Source: Patellaria atrata CBS 101060
Taxonomy: Eukaryota
DNA length: 64,000 nucleotides
Assembly: GCA_010093705.1 (NCBI GenBank)
Contig: MU006091.1
Coordinates: forward strand, 1,240,001 to 1,304,000
Direction of reading: 5' to 3'
The notes beneath the pieces are model-generated. The model had not been told where the DNA came from. It worked only from the letters and a program-made list of their open reading frames with translations, and made no database searches. Shown in pieces: positions 12,062 through 26,597 of the stretch. Position numbers and translations under genes: made by a program. The first letter of the stretch is position 1. Each line of letters starts with the position of its first letter.

Positions 12062-15000
12062 ATGGGTATAAATGAATCTCCGGATTCAAGTTCGGGCACG
12101 TCTTCCATCGACCATGTTACCGCCGACAATGAGAAGACCATCGCAGGACAAGTACCAGCGCCAACGGACCCTGCTGGTGTTAATGTCCTATCAAAGTTGG
12201 ATTCGCACGTTGTCAAACCTATCGATGAGAAGAAACAGAGTGCCTTGGACCATCTACCCGAGGACGAGCAGACCATCATCAAACGTCAAGTGGATACCCC
12301 TGATATCAAAGTCACCTATTTCACCCTTTACAGATACGCGACCCGGAACGATTTCATCATCATGTTTATTTCGGCCATCTGTGCTATTGTGGCTGGTGCT
12401 TTGTTACCACTGATGACTGTAATCTTTGGCCAGCTTGCTGGGACCTTTCAAAATATGTTCAATGGGACGCTGAATCAAGACGAATTCAACGACGAACTAG
12501 CTGACTATACTCTCTACTTTCTTTACCTAGGAATAGGAGAATTTGTGATGACCTACATCTTCACAGTTGGCTTCATTTATGTTGGAGAGCATTGCTCCGG
12601 AAAGGTCAGAGAGCATTACTTGAAAGCGATTCTGACGCAGAATATTGGTTTCTTCGATAAGCTGGGTGCTGGAGAGATCACTACCCGTATCACTGCGGAT
12701 TCAAATCTGGTTCAAGATGCTGTTTCTGAGAAGGTTGGCCTTACTCTGAACGCGGTCGCTACGTTTATTGCGGCCTTTGTCATCGGCTTCATCAAATACT
12801 GGAAACTTACCTTGATCCTGACGTCCACTGTGGTTGCTATCACTGTCATTATGGGAGGTGGTTCGAATTGGATCATTAAATTCAACAAGCAGTCTCTCAA
12901 CTCCTATGCGGAAGGTGGTACGGTAGCAGAAGAGGTTATGAGTTCAATCAGGAATGCAACGGCTTTCAATACCCAAGAAAAACTTGCTAGGCAGTACGAT
13001 AGCCATCTGGCAGAAGCTGAAAAGTGGGGTAAGAAAATGAAGTATGTTCTTGCCGTCATGCTTGGAGGTATGATGACTGTCATCTACTTGAATTACGGAC
13101 TCGCATTCTGGATGGGCTCAAGATTCCTGGTCAGCGGTGATGTAGATCTGTCTGATGTCCTCACCATCTTGCTTTCCATCATTATCGGCGCTTTCTCTCT
13201 CGGACACGTGGGGCCATGGGTACAGGCTTTCCAGACTGGAACTGCTGCAGGAGCGAAAATATTCAATACAATTGATAGAGAGTCTCCCTTGGACCCCATC
13301 TCAATCGAAGGCGCAACTCTCGATAATGTTAAGGGTACTGTGGAACTCCGTGGTGTTAAGCATATATATCCTTCCCGTCCCGAGGTTATTGTCATGGAAG
13401 ATGTCAACCTTCTCATTCCCGCTGGCAAAACTACAGCATTGGTCGGTTCCTCCGGCTCCGGGAAGAGTACAATCGTCGGTTTAGTCGAACGTTTCTACGA
13501 TCCCGTTAAAGGTTCAGTGTTTCTTGATGGCCACAATGTCCAGGACCTCAATCTCCGCTGGTTACGTCAACACATCTCACTGGTCAGCCAAGAACCGACA
13601 CTCTTTGCCGTCTCGATCTATGATAATATTCGACATGGACTCATTGGTACTGAATATGAGAAGATGGGCGAAGAGAAGGTCAGAGAATTGATAATGGAAG
13701 CTGCTAGGATGGCTAATGCCTATGACTTTGTTACTCAGCTGCCCGAAGGGTTCGATACCAACGTTGGTGACCGAGGATTTCTGCTATCAGGAGGCCAGAA
13801 GCAGCGTATTGCTATTGCCCGAGCAATCGTCAGTGACCCCAAGATTCTACTTTTAGATGAGGCGACTTCCGCATTGGATACCAAGAGCGAAGGTGTTGTG
13901 CAACACGCACTGGACAAGGCTGCTCAAGGGAGGACCACAATTGTTATTGCCCATCGATTATCGACCATCAAAGATGCGGATAACATCGTTGTCATGTCGC
14001 ACGGGAAAATCGTTGAGCAAGGCACCCATTCTGAGTTGATTAGCAGGCGAGGTACATACCATAAGTTAGTCGAAGCTCAGCGTATCGCGGCCGCCAAAAA
14101 CTCTCCAGCGGACGAAGAGGAGGCTTTGCTTAGCGAGAAGGATGCAAACTTAGTTGAGGGACAAAACGGAGACAATGCTGTTGATCCGGACGATGCAGAC
14201 CCATTAGGCTTGAAGAGAACACAGACTTCAAAGTCCAAAGCGAGTGTAGCCCTGCAAGGCAAACAGGCCGAGAAGACGAGACAATACTCACTCTGGACAT
14301 TGATCAAGCTAATCGGCAGCTTCAATAAGCAAGAATGGCATATCATGCTCTTTGGTTTATTCTGGTCTATCATTGCAGGAGGAGCCAACCCCGTACAAGC
14401 AGTTTTCTTCGCAAAGTCAATCGTGGCGCTCACATATCCGCCATCTATGTACGACAAACTTCGTAGTGACGCAAACTTCTGGTCACTCATGTACCTCATG
14501 CTTGCGCTCACGCAACTTTTGTCTTTCACCGGCCAAGGAATCTGCTTCGCTTATTGTTCTGAGCGACTCATACACCGCACCCGTAATAGAGCGTTTAGGA
14601 CGATACTACGTCAGGACATTCAGTTCTTCGACCGCGAAGAGAACTCTGCTGGTGCTTTAACTTCATTTCTCTCAACAGAAACGACGTATTTGGCTGGTCT
14701 CAGTGGATCAACTCTAGGCACGATCCTCGTCGTCCTGACAACCCTAATTGCCGCTATCTCCCTTTCACTTGCCATCGCATGGAAGTTATCTCTCGTCTGT
14801 ATCTCCACCATTCCTCTCCTCCTGGGTGCCGGTTTCTTCCGCTTCTGGATGCTCGCCCGTTTCGAATCGCGCGCAAAGAAAGCCTACGAAAGATCCGCTA
14901 ATTATGCCTGCGAAGCCACCTCCGCGATCCGGACTGTCGCCTCCCTCACCCGCGAAGAGGAAGTCATGGCTCAATACCACGAACAGCTCGTGTCACAAGG

Positions 15001-16110
15001 TGCAAAGAGCCTTCGCTCAGTCCTCAAATCCTCGACACTTTACGCGGCCTCTCAATCGCTCATGTTCCTCTGCTCCGCGCTCGGATTCTGGTATGGTGGC
15101 AGACAAATGGCGAGCGGCGAGATCTCTATGTTCCAGTTCTTCGTTACGTTTTCTGCTATTATTTTTGGTGCGCAGTCCGCGGGGACAATCTTCTCGTTCG
15201 CACCAGATATGGGAAAAGCTAAGCATGCAGCTACTGAGATGAAAACTCTGTTCGACCGTAAACCCGACATTGACTCTTGGTCTACGGAGGGGAGAAAGTT
15301 GAGCGGGATGGAGGGCCACATCGAGTTCCGCGACGTCCACTTCCGCTACCCCACCCGTCCCGAACAACCAGTGCTCAGGGGTCTTAACCTCGAAGTCAAG
15401 CCCGGGCAGTACGTCGCGTTGGTCGGCGCATCGGGTTGCGGTAAATCCACCACAATCGCGCTTATGGAACGGTTCTACGATCCCCTCGTCGGCGGTATCT
15501 TCGTCGACGGCCAGGAAATTTCAGGCCTCAACATCAACGATTATAGAAGCTATCTCGCGCTGGTGAGTCAGGAGCCGACGCTGTATCAGGGAACGATCAG
15601 AGACAACGTCCTCCTAGGCTCCGATAGGGAGGATGTGAGCGAAGAGGCAATCGCAAGGGCGTGCAAGGACGCGAATATCTACGATTTCATCATGAGTTTA
15701 CCGTGCGCGTTCCCCCTCCCCCAACCATGACAATGACGTACTAACAATCGTGTAGAGAGGGCTTCCAAACAATCTGCGGCTCCAAAGGCGCACTCCTCTC
15801 CGGTGGGCAGAAACAGCGCATCGCCATCGCGCGCGCGCTCCTGCGGGATCCGAAGATCCTGCTCCTCGACGAAGCTACGTCCGCGCTTGACTCGGAGAGC
15901 GAGAAAGTCGTTCAGGCTGCTCTCGATGCCGCGGCGCAGGGTAGGACGACGATCGCAGTCGCGCATCGACTGAGCACGATCCAGAAGGCGGACGTGATTT
16001 ATGTGTTTGATACGGGTAGGATCGTGGAGAGCGGGACGCACAACGAACTCCTGGCAAGGAAGGGACGGTATTTCGAGTTGGTGAATTTGCAGAGTTTGGG
16101 GAAAGCGTGA
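12062..16110 (+). CDS. mdr1: ABCB full-length multidrug transporter (P-glycoprotein/MDR1 type), ~1331 aa
   Basis: TMD-NBD-TMD-NBD; Walker [10 protein letters not shown] and GASGCGKST, two [14 protein letters not shown] signatures, [12 protein letters not shown]; one intron at 15703-15755; stop TGA at 16108-16110. Confidence 0.95.
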
Positions 16111-16646
16111 GGGGGGGAAGATGGCGGTGTCCATTCTCTTGCGATAGGGTTGGGTGGTTGCATTTACGGAGTTTGCGGGTATCATCTCCCTCTGGGTAAA
16201 AGAGCATTTTTATGGCGTCTCATTACATAAGATTTTGGATATATACCATGGGGTATCTTAGTAATCTCGCAGGCATATTTTCTTTTTATTTTCCTTTTAT
16301 TTTTTTGTAGTTTTTTTCCCCTCTTTATTCTTTTTTGATTGTATATCTCGACTCGCTATAGCATAGCTCTTTCTCTCTCCTTTTTGATAGTTTGGATAGG
16401 ATATTGGATCAACGCGATACTGTGGTTTACCCCGGACCATCCCAATCTTCCACACCTCGCTGTCATGTTCATCAGTATTTCACACGGAATGCAGATTGTA
16501 GAAGCACGACTTACACATCTATAAATATTCCTCTTCCACGGACGCGGCAATCCCCGATTCGTCAATCATTCTTTACGTCTCACCCATACATCAAGTCATT
16601 TCAAACACCCTCTCTCTGTCTCCCTCCCTCTCTCTCAAGGGAACAC

Positions 16647-17115
16647 TCAATCACCCTCCCCCATTCCAAACCCCTCCTGCACCTCTCTAATCCTAACCCC
16701 CCTACTCTCCGCCAACAAGCCCATGAGGCCCTGCCCTACATCTTTGATCTCGTTGTACGCATGCAAGAGGCCGATGTGGCGTTTTATCGTCGCTTTTGCT
16801 GCGGTTGTTATGGTTTCTTCGTCTGGGCTTTCCGGCTCGTCTTCCGAGTCGGGGATTATAGTTTTGGGTTGGGAGGTGGAGGATAGGGTGGAGAGGAGGG
16901 TTTGCCGCTCGCTGGTTAGGAGGGAGAGAGTGGTGGTTAGGGTGATGGTGTGGGCGTTGAGGGAGGCCTGAGGGGGGTTAGTGAGGGTGGGGATTGGAGG
17001 GGGAGAGACGTACTAGTTTCTTTTCGCGGGATGAGAGGGGGGCTTTTGTAGGGGTTGGAGGTTCTTCGGTGGGTTTAGAAAGGGTTTGCTTGAGAGGGAG
17101 AGTTGGGGAGGCCAT
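16647..17115 (-). CDS. swi5: Swi5/Sae3-family recombination mediator (Rad51/Dmc1 accessory factor), 140 aa
   Basis: Exon 17115-17014, intron with GTACGT donor, CTAAC branch and CAG acceptor, exon 16967-16647; encodes the Swi5 signature IKRHIGLLHAYNEIKDVGQGLMGLLAESRGVRIREV. Confidence 0.9.
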
Positions 17116-17544
17116 TGTTGCTGTGATTGGGGTGTGGGAGGTCGAATTGCTCGTCTTGTAGCTTGGTTTTAAGCTGGAGGTTTGGTTTGAGGATATGATG
17201 ACGCTCATGGTCCGTTTCCCGTCCCGTATTCGCAGCTTCGCCACTAACCAATCCTATGCCATGGCATTGTAAGGCTGTACCGAGTAACTTCAAAGTATGG
17301 ATGCTTACGTATAAATTTTATCTGCACATCTACCTATTACTTCTACCTCGCCCTCATAGCTCTAGAAGGTCTTCTATACACTGTCTTCCATAATCGAAGC
17401 TTCGTCGGTTGGATATTGAAACGGTCTCTTGTATGGTTCGCCGCCCTTCCTTTTGGACTTAGTTCTAGTCTGTACGACTCCTGAGCTCCTGTTCGCGAAT
17501 CACTTCTCTACATATCCACCAACTCAACACCTATTTAAACGATC

Positions 17545-19165
17545 ATGGCGACCAGAAGAGCAGTAATTTTTGCCGCTACCGCAATCCTCGGCACCGTAAA
17601 AGCACACGAACACCATACCGACCATATCGAAGAAGGAAACGCTATATCCGACGATCCGATTGTACGGGGCTCCAAACCCAAACAGTTGAAAGAAGATGGT
17701 TTACTAATGGGGGATTGTAGGATTCTATATTATGGATGCATATTTTAATACAATGCCTCGCATGGGGTGTACTATTTCCAACGGGAATGGTGCTCGGCGT
17801 ATGTTCTCACCGTTCTAAAATTAAAAGCTATGTGCTGATATCAGGCTGGAAATAGATTATCCGATCAAGATGGCACGTCCCTCTCCAGTCCACCGCAACG
17901 GTTCTGTCGGTAGTAGGATGGTTTCTAGGTCATAAACACAAGGGACGACAGTTCGCTCCAAATGTCCATGCCGCATTTGCCCCAAGCCCTATGCTCTTAC
18001 TATTCCTCCAAGTGGCCCTAGGCGTATATTTAAAGCTACATCTCGAGCGTGGATTCCACGGACGCATAAGAGGAGTTATTGTGAAGTGCCACGGCGTTGT
18101 TGGGAAGCTTTTGCCTGTAGTTGCGTGGGTCCAAATGCTTTTCGGTGGCATCACAGCGTTGGGCTTCTGTCGGGGAGACCATTTGGGCCAGTGTCTGGCT
18201 CATTTTATCATGGGCAGTGCATTTATCGCCTATGGGATTGTTCTTACTATTCTTCTGCTCGTGGGACAATTGTGGATCAAACGGACAGGTCGCAGCCAGG
18301 AATTCTTTGATTCCCTCGTCATCGCTGCCTGGGGTTGTGTCAATACTTTCACTGAACACCGTTGGGGAGGTCCCTGGGTACACAATGATCTTCAGCATAC
18401 GTCCATGGGCATCATTTGGTGGAGTGCTGGTTTAGTCGGTATCTGGCTCAGTAAGGACAGACAAGGTCGTCCCAAACGCAACCTTATTCCTGGGATCGTT
18501 ATTTTAATGACTGGATATGCCATGTCCGCGCACCCGCAGAATTTGCCGTTGTCTACGATGGTTCATTCTGTCTTTGGCTACACGCTTATGGGAGCTGGTC
18601 TCACTCGCATCATTGAGATTTCTTTCGTCCTGAAGGATAAACCATCGTACTCACCGGACGGAATGGAGACACACAGCTTCCAATACCTTCCAGTATTCGT
18701 AAGTTTCCAGAGACCCGTGGGATGCATGCATCATTACTGATGAGAAATATTAGCTTCTCTACGCCTCCGGTTTCCTTTTCATGGGCGCCACGGAAGAACA
18801 GATGAAACTCCTATCTGACGCAAACGTCACCCACGTTTCTTATGTTCTTATCCTCTACAGCATTGCTTTCATTCTATTTTTATGTAAGTCCTCCACTCAA
18901 ACGCCTTCTCCTATTTTCTCTTCTGACCTCTTCTTCAGTTGTTAATATGCTACTCAACCTCTACTCCGCCTACGCCTGGCCCGTAGACCCCGTCAAGGCC
19001 AAACTCGATCCTGAACGTGCGCCCCGTGCAAACGGACATGCGAACGGCCACGCACGTCCTTCGAGAACGAGTCTCAGGGATGCGGAGGAGTTTGAGCTCG
19101 AGGGGCTTATGAGCGATGATGAGGGATTGGATTCGCCTAGGAGGAAGAATGCAACCAGCGGGTAA
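17545..19165 (+). CDS. YTP1: Ytp1-like integral membrane protein, multi-exon
   Basis: Signal-peptide-like N-terminus then HEHH; conserved LGFCRGDHLGQCLAHFIMGSAFIAYG, QEFFDSLVIAAWGCVNTFTEHRWG, DLQHTSMGIIWW and FMGATEEQM; several GT-AG introns. Confidence 0.88.
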
Positions 19166-20581
19166 GGGCTGTACGAGTTATTGATAGTGGGATAAGGGAA
19201 ATGGGGTTCGGGTAGCATTGGTTTGGGCGTTCATGGCTTCTTTTGTGCAACTGTTTTTGTATTGTTTTTCCTTCTCCTCATACGCCCGAGTTACTGTGTG
19301 GTTGATATCAGATGTGTATTCGGTTTCTATGCACGCAAGTACTATATTGTCCAAAATGGTCCACCTGTACAGAAGAGTCGGACTGTACAGAATAGTCAGA
19401 CTGTACAAATAGTCTGCATGTACGATGAGACCGTCTCAATACTAATATCATCTTCCGCACTGGGCCTTGCTGGTCCAGGCCGACATGCTTCTCGCACTTA
19501 GCTACACAGTGCGGCTGTACGCATATTCAAAGCGCCGGTCAGGCTTTACATTGCTTGCCTTAGATCTAGACGTATACGGCCTCGGTACCCCTTCCGGACG
19601 GTGCATATGAGGATCTCTGGAGGGGTGCACGGGGACCAATGGGTTCGACGCGGATTTGAGTTGGAGTCGGTCTGATTTGTTCAACGGTTGTGGGGTCAGT
19701 AGATTGGGATCTGTACGGTAGAGGCATAGGTCCTGTACAGATATGTACATGTACAGTATCAGGGGGTTTGAGATCTAGATGTTGCATTACTGTAAACACC
19801 ATATACACTTTCGAACAACTGTGGTTTTGAATCATACATAGGCTACAATAGCCAACGACACTCGGTACAGTACATTAGTGAAGATGACAAGTAGGTGTCT
19901 TCTCTTCCATGGTTATCTGTAAAGGGAGTCCTTATGTTTGGAGATAACGGTTGCGAAGGAGGGAGTTAGATCGGCTGCACATACCAGCATCCCCGCCGTT
20001 CGTGAACTTCGTATAACTCAGGCATGTCCCAAGATGAGCTAAACCTTTTAAAGGTTGCTATGCTGATGTTGCATGATATCGGTGCATTTCAACTACATAA
20101 ACGCCTCTGAAGCCATTGACTCACGGTTTGTACATTCGTCTTTGATATATTGAATTAAGTTGTGTTGTTGAATCACATATCACTTTCAGACGACAGCGAC
20201 TTCTCAAGATCAAAAAGTCGCTACTTCCTATTCACATAGTAACATAGTAACATAGTTCTACGTCACGGTTAGATAGCGCTTGCACTTGCCCTCCTGGAAG
20301 CCGACTTCGCCGAACCACCTGAGACCGAAGCTTGAGCTTTCTTTTCAATAAGAGCTACCTTACCCGATATTCTCAATTTATTAGCAATAGCCCACCGCAA
20401 GTCCATACCATATTCTTCGCCCATATTGAGTGCTACATATCTGCACTTCAAGAACATCTTCTTCAGCATCTTCCTCCCTTGTCATCGAAGACGCGCCCTC
20501 AGATGTCCAGGTATCATTGCTCAAGATAACCTCTGTGTAACCGGTGGATAGACGAGGATCTTCTGACGTTAAGTGGCGGTC

Positions 20582-23500
20582 ATGTTTGCGAAGTGCAAGG
20601 GCCCAATATGGAGGCTTGATGACTTTTCGCGCTGTTTCGAACAAGAGTATGAGTATCTAATGCCGTCAAGATACACCATCTACTAACTTATTTTCCATAG
20701 TTACCTGCAAACGTTATTTCCTCTAATAGTCTGCGGCGCATCTCTAAGTTACCTATCAATCCAAATCTTCCGTGCTACTGCACGTTCAAAACAACGCCAC
20801 GCATACCAACCTTTGAAGAATACCGGCCATGTGGATTCCAGAAATGGTTTGGATCCTCGGCCTAACGGACCCTTCTCCGATGAGGACGACCCAGATTCAG
20901 ACGACGAATTCTTACGGAATGAACGGTCTGCTCTTCACAGAGCACCGAGCAATGCAAACGAATCATTCATACAAGTGGATAGGCCTCGAGGGGAGTTACT
21001 CGTCGTTGTTGTGGAAGAGCTGGCCGTTTTGAGCGAGGTCGGAATACACCTAGCAGTCGTCTTGACGGAATCATGGGGGCATAGAGGTCGTGTTGCGGCA
21101 ATATCTACCCTTGCGACATGGGTTTATGTCGCCATACTAGCATCGCTCCGGCTGCTCTTGTCCAGTTCCTCAAGGTTTTCCTTCCCGAGGCTCTGGTATC
21201 ACACTTCGTTCATATACATATTTCTATGGATCTTTACAACTCTGATGTTCCGTTCAGCAATCATCCATCCACTATCCAGACTGAGCCGGGATCTGACGAT
21301 AGCGAACTTCTCTCTTGTCTCTTTGCTAGCTACCATTGCCCTGACGTCACGAAAGGGTAACAAGGCTGTCGAGTTAGAATACGAGGGAGATCTAGAACCC
21401 TCTAAAGAGCAAACAGCCAGTGTCCTGTCATTAGCAACCTTCGGGTGGGTTGATGGCATAGTCTGGAAGGGTTACAAAAAGACTTATGAACTTTCCGATG
21501 TGTGGAATCTGGCCCCAAAGGACAAGGCTGCTTGGGTACTCAACGATTATAGACAAGTCAAGAAAACTACGATCCTCGCCTGGCACATTTTGAAATATTT
21601 CAAACGTGGACTTATAATTCAAGCTCTATGGGCCGCATTTTCTGGTCTCCTTCTCTTTGCCCCTACGCTGCTTCTTAAGGCTATACTTGAATATGTCGAA
21701 CAACCTGAAATGACTCCACAGAATGCAGCATGGTTCTACGTCATCCTCCTTTTCGTCTCGGGTTGTGCATCAGCGCTTGCTGATGGCCAAGCACTTTGGA
21801 TTGGCCGGAAGATATGTATCCGTATGAGGGCGGTCATCATCGGTGAGATTTACGCAAAGGCTCTCAAACGAAGAGTATCTGCGGGTGCCGACAAAGTCTT
21901 GGGCGAAAACAAGAAGACAAAAGGTGGGAAAGAGTCCACCAAACAGAAAATGAAGAGGGTGTTGTCATTCGGTCGAAAGAAGAAGGCGGAGAACGCTAAG
22001 AATGATGGCTCCCTAAAGTCTGAAAGCTCTGAACAAGTAACTTCTGGTGCTATCATAAATCTAATGGCGGTGGACTCGTTCAAAGTCAGCGAGATCTGTG
22101 CTTATCTCCACTTTCTCTGGGCGAATACCCCCGTCCAGGCTGTGGTTGCAATTTTTTTGCTATATCGAATCCTAGGCTACAGTTCGATTGCCGGTATTGG
22201 GATGATGGCTCTGTTACTCCCGATCAACCTTACAATCTCAAAGAAGTTTGCGAAGATCCAGAAACAAATTCTTGCTGCAACCGATGCCCGGATCAATACA
22301 ACTAATGAAGTGCTCAGTAACATCCGGATCATCAAGTACTTTGCTTGGGAGCAACGATTCATGGGCGTCATCGATGAAAAACGCTCGGTTGAACTCAAGC
22401 ATCTTCGTAGGCGATATACGTGGTGGGCTATAGCAGCAACTGTGTGGTCTGGAGCACCAATTATGATTACTTTTCTGTCCTTCTTCGTTTACACGGTGAT
22501 TGAAAAGAAAGATCTTATACCCTCGGTGGCTTTTACTGCGTTGTCATTGTTCCAGATTCTAAGGATACCTCTCGACCAGCTTGCCGACATGGTTGCACAC
22601 GTCCAAGAATCGAAAGTATCTGTTGATCGTATAGAAGAATATCTGAAGGAACCTGAAACAGACAAATACAGACAACTACATAAGCGTGACCTCGATGAGA
22701 ACGGAGAACCGATTATCGGATTTGACAACGGTACCTTCTCCTGGGGTAGTAATGATCCTAACGACAAAGATGCTGCGGATGCATTCAAGATGATCGGACT
22801 CAATATGCGATTTAATGTAGGCAATCTCAATGTCGTTGTAGGCCCAACTGGGTGCGGAAAGACATCGCTTCTCATGGCTCTCTTGGGTGAAATGACTGCG
22901 TTGGAAGGCCGAGTTCACTTACCGGGAGCCGTTAGCCGAGAAGAACTCAAGCCGGATCCCGAGAGCGGCTTGACCGAGAGCGTCGCATACTGTGCACAAC
23001 AAGCTTGGCTCGTGAACGACACCATCAAGGAGAACATTCTATTCGCTGGCCCATGGGATCCGAAACGGTACCAAGATGTTATTGCCGCTTGCTCTCTGAA
23101 ACGGGACTTGGAGATCCTCGACGATGGGGATCAAACCCTAGTTGGTGAGAAAGGAGTCACGCTATCCGGTGGTCAGAAGCAACGTATTTCGTTAGCCCGC
23201 GCCTTGTACAGCAAAGCAAGGCACGTCCTTCTCGACGATGTATTAAGTGCTGTCGACTCTCACACAGCTAAATGGATCTTCGACAAAGCTATCTTGGGAC
23301 CATTGATGTACAATCGAACCTGTATCCTTGTAACACATAATGTTACCCTCTGTCTACCATATGCACAATTTGCGGTAGTTCTTGATAACGGAAGAGTCGT
23401 GGCGCAAGGTTCAGCTCACGAGGTGATCGATTCGGGAACCTTGACTGAAGACCTTACCAAGTCGCGGCCTACATCAACAGTCCCTTCAAGAGTTCCTTCC

Positions 23501-25807
23501 AGGTTACCCTCTGATGATGGTTCCGAATTAATACCAACCGAACTCCATCAGCCGGATGCGGTAACTGAAGGTGCCAATCCAGGTTCGGATACGGACGTCA
23601 CATTAGTCGGAGAGCCTGCTATGGGGTCGACATTGGATAAGATCCCGGATGCCGCACGCAACAGCCCTCATCTTGAGACAAAAGCCACGGGAAGTGTGAA
23701 ACTCAATATCATCATACTGTACCTACGCTCAATGGGACCTTGGTACTTTTGGATGATTGCGGCGCTAGTCTTTGCATCACAACAAGCTTCCTCCGTTGCA
23801 ACAAATGTCTGGATTCGGGCATGGGCCAACGCGTATGCTGATAAGCAAGTGAGCTTTGCCACTTCTCATAAAGCTAGTCACGTAACACACTTCGGCCCTA
23901 TCAGTGGCCTTGGTACTTGTCTCACGAGCGGTTCTTGTGTATGGCCCTGGCCGACTAAGTCGATTTCATCTACGGAGGAATACGATGTAAGTTGGCAAAC
24001 GCGCGTTTTCTCCGGGGCTTCAGAAGTAGATGCTGGCTACTACCTTACCGTGTACGCAACACTGGGTCTATGTTTCATGGCCGTCACTCTCTCCCGAGAG
24101 GCTGTTCTATTCGGAGGATCTCTCCATGCATCCAGGATGATTCACACTCGTCTTATCTCAAGCGTTACCCATGCAAAATTCCGCTTCTTTGATTCCACAC
24201 CACTCGGCCAACTCATGAATCGGTTTTCAAAGGACATCGAAGCCGTCGATCAGGAAATTGCTCCCGTCGCTGTTGGCGTAGTGCATTGCCTTGCGTCCAT
24301 AATCACTATTGTCATTCTGATCTCAGTTATTACACCGGGGTTCCTCATAGCGGGTGTTTTTATTACCGCATTATATTTCCTCATCGGGAAATTCTATATA
24401 AACTCTTCGAGAGATCTCAAGCGGTTGGAGTCTGTACAACGTAGTCCACTGTATCAACAGTTCGGCGAAACTCTTTCAGGAATGACTACCATTCGTGCGT
24501 ATGGTGATGAACGTCGATTCATCAGGGACAACCTCAACCGCATCAACACCCATAACCGACCTTTCATCTTTCTTTGGGCAGCCAACCGATGGCTTGCCTT
24601 GAGGGTCGACGTTGTCGGAGCGATGGTCTCTTTCTTCGCGGGCGTGTTTGTTGTGCTTAGTGTTGGTAGGATTGATGCAGGTGCGGCTGGTTTAGCCATG
24701 ACCTACGCAGTGACGTTCACCGAAAATGTCCTTTGGTTTGTGCGGTTATACTCTTCTAACGAACAGAACATGAACTCAGTCGAACGAATCAAAGAATACC
24801 TTGACGTAGAGCAAGAAGCCCCGCCGATCATACCAGATAGCCGACCCCCTGCAAACTGGCCTAGCAAAGGATCAGTAGAGTTCGCTGATTATAGCACCCG
24901 TTATCGACAAGACTTTGGTATGGTGTTGAAGAAGGTGTCTTTCAAAGTCTTACCGGGGGAGAAGGTGGGAGTGGTTGGTCGAACAGGTGCAGGCAAAAGC
25001 TCACTTGCCTTGGCTTTGTTTAGAGCACTCGAGGCTGAAGAGGGAAGAATTCTTGTTGATGGACTTGATATTGGAACAATTGGCCTCCAGGATTTACGAG
25101 AGAATATAGTCATGGTCCCACAGGATCCTACGCTCTTTACCGGAACCGTCAGAAGTAACCTGGATCCTTTCAGCTTGTTTACAGACGAGGAGATCTTTAC
25201 TGCGCTCCGAAGGGTGCAACTTATCGGACCTGCGGGTTCTCAGCCTGCATCTGGGAGTGGCAGTCCTAATGGTACTGCCTCTAATTCACCCCCTCCTTCT
25301 TCAAACGGCAACAAGAAGCGAATCGATTTCTCAACTGATACAGTTTCTTCCTCGCCCACCACGACTACCGATACCCTTGGATTAGAGAACAAAAATATTT
25401 TCAATACGCTTACATCACCTATCTCCGAGTCTGGTTCCAATCTTTCCCAAGGCCAACGTCAGCTTCTATGTTTAGCACGAGCCTTACTCAAGGAGCCAAA
25501 GGTTCTTCTGATGGACGAGGCTACCGCATCCATTGACTACGCAACGGATGCCAAGATTCAGGAGACGATCCGTGAGATCAAGAATACCACCATCACTATT
25601 GCGCATCGATTGCAGACGATCATCGATTACGACAAGGTCATAGTCTTGGAGAAGGGTGAGGTAGTGGAATTCGGTAGTCCATGGGAGCTTATAAAGAAGG
25701 AGAAAGGGAGATTCAGAGGGATGTGTGAGATGAGCGGCGATCTAGAGGGGTTAGAGCATGGAGCAGAGGAAGCATCCAAAGCGAAGAAATTGGTGGACGA
25801 TACCTAA
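20582..25807 (+). CDS. YBT1: ABCC/MRP-family transporter, Ybt1/Bat1-like (vacuolar bile acid/conjugate transporter), ~1723 aa
   Basis: Exon 20582-20646 (MFAKCKGPIWRLDDFSRCFEQ), intron, exon 20701-25807; NBD1 GPTGCGKTS / [14 protein letters not shown] / LLDDVLSAVDSH; NBD2 GRTGAGKSS / LSQGQRQLLCLARA; NRFSKDIEAVDQE and SRDLKRLESVQRSP ABCC motifs. Confidence 0.9.
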
Positions 25808-25838
25808 AAAGGCCGCTATCAGAGCTTGAGGATACTCA

Positions 25839-25851
25839 GGGGGGGGGGGGG
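25839..25851. repeat. G13 homopolymer
   Basis: 13 consecutive G just downstream of the ABCC stop. Confidence 0.9.
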
Positions 25852-26456
25852 TAATGCTGCTTGGAGGTAATTGTTATTCTGCCGGATATTGGTATGCACT
25901 AGAGCGATTCGTATCGTTTCTTGTACATATTCTTGTAGGTAAATGCGTACTTAGGGGTGTAAATATTCTGAGAGGGGGGGAGATAGTAACAATAATAACG
26001 CCACCGTCACCGCCCTCATTCAGGAGTCAAGTTTCTTCACCTTTCACTATCACAATTCACTCAATTCAAAGTCACAAAATCGACTTAGCGAGCCCACAAA
26101 ATCTTTTTCTTTACGCCCCTAAACATCTCTCGCTCTCTTCCTTCTTCCACAAAAACAATCTCACATCTCGCAGCCCCAACACCAACAACACTACGTTGGT
26201 GCGGTACGCACAATCAATTGTAAGTTCTGATCCTACATTCCCCTGATCAACGACAAAAGAGAAATCATTCTTTTCTCCGCTGCGTACACGAGCCTCTCAC
26301 GCTGCATACGCGTCTCCCATCAAAAAAAAAGACAACAGACCACGATCCTGAATATCGTGTGCCCGCGTCACAAAAGCACAACCCCTGACACATGAACAGC
26401 GCAAAAAGACAGCAGCCACGTATACAAGATCATCCATATCTTCTATCACAGGCGAA

Positions 26457-26565
26457 ATGTCGAACCAAGGTACCACAACATCCTTCCATCCACTGCCCCC
26501 AATCATCCATCCAACCATACAGTACACGACGCTAACCCGTCCCCCGTACAGCGAATTTCTCAACC

Positions 26566-26597
<32 letters not shown>

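Noticed and set aside
19365..19422. Three degenerate ~18-bp repeats (CTGTACAGAAKAGTCRGA)
   Set aside because: Short slippage repeat without unique spacers; not CRISPR-like, and the window is eukaryotic
12062..25807. Secondary-metabolite or resistance cluster suggested by two nearby ABC transporters
   Set aside because: No PKS, NRPS, terpene synthase, tailoring enzyme or pathway regulator; neighbours are housekeeping genes
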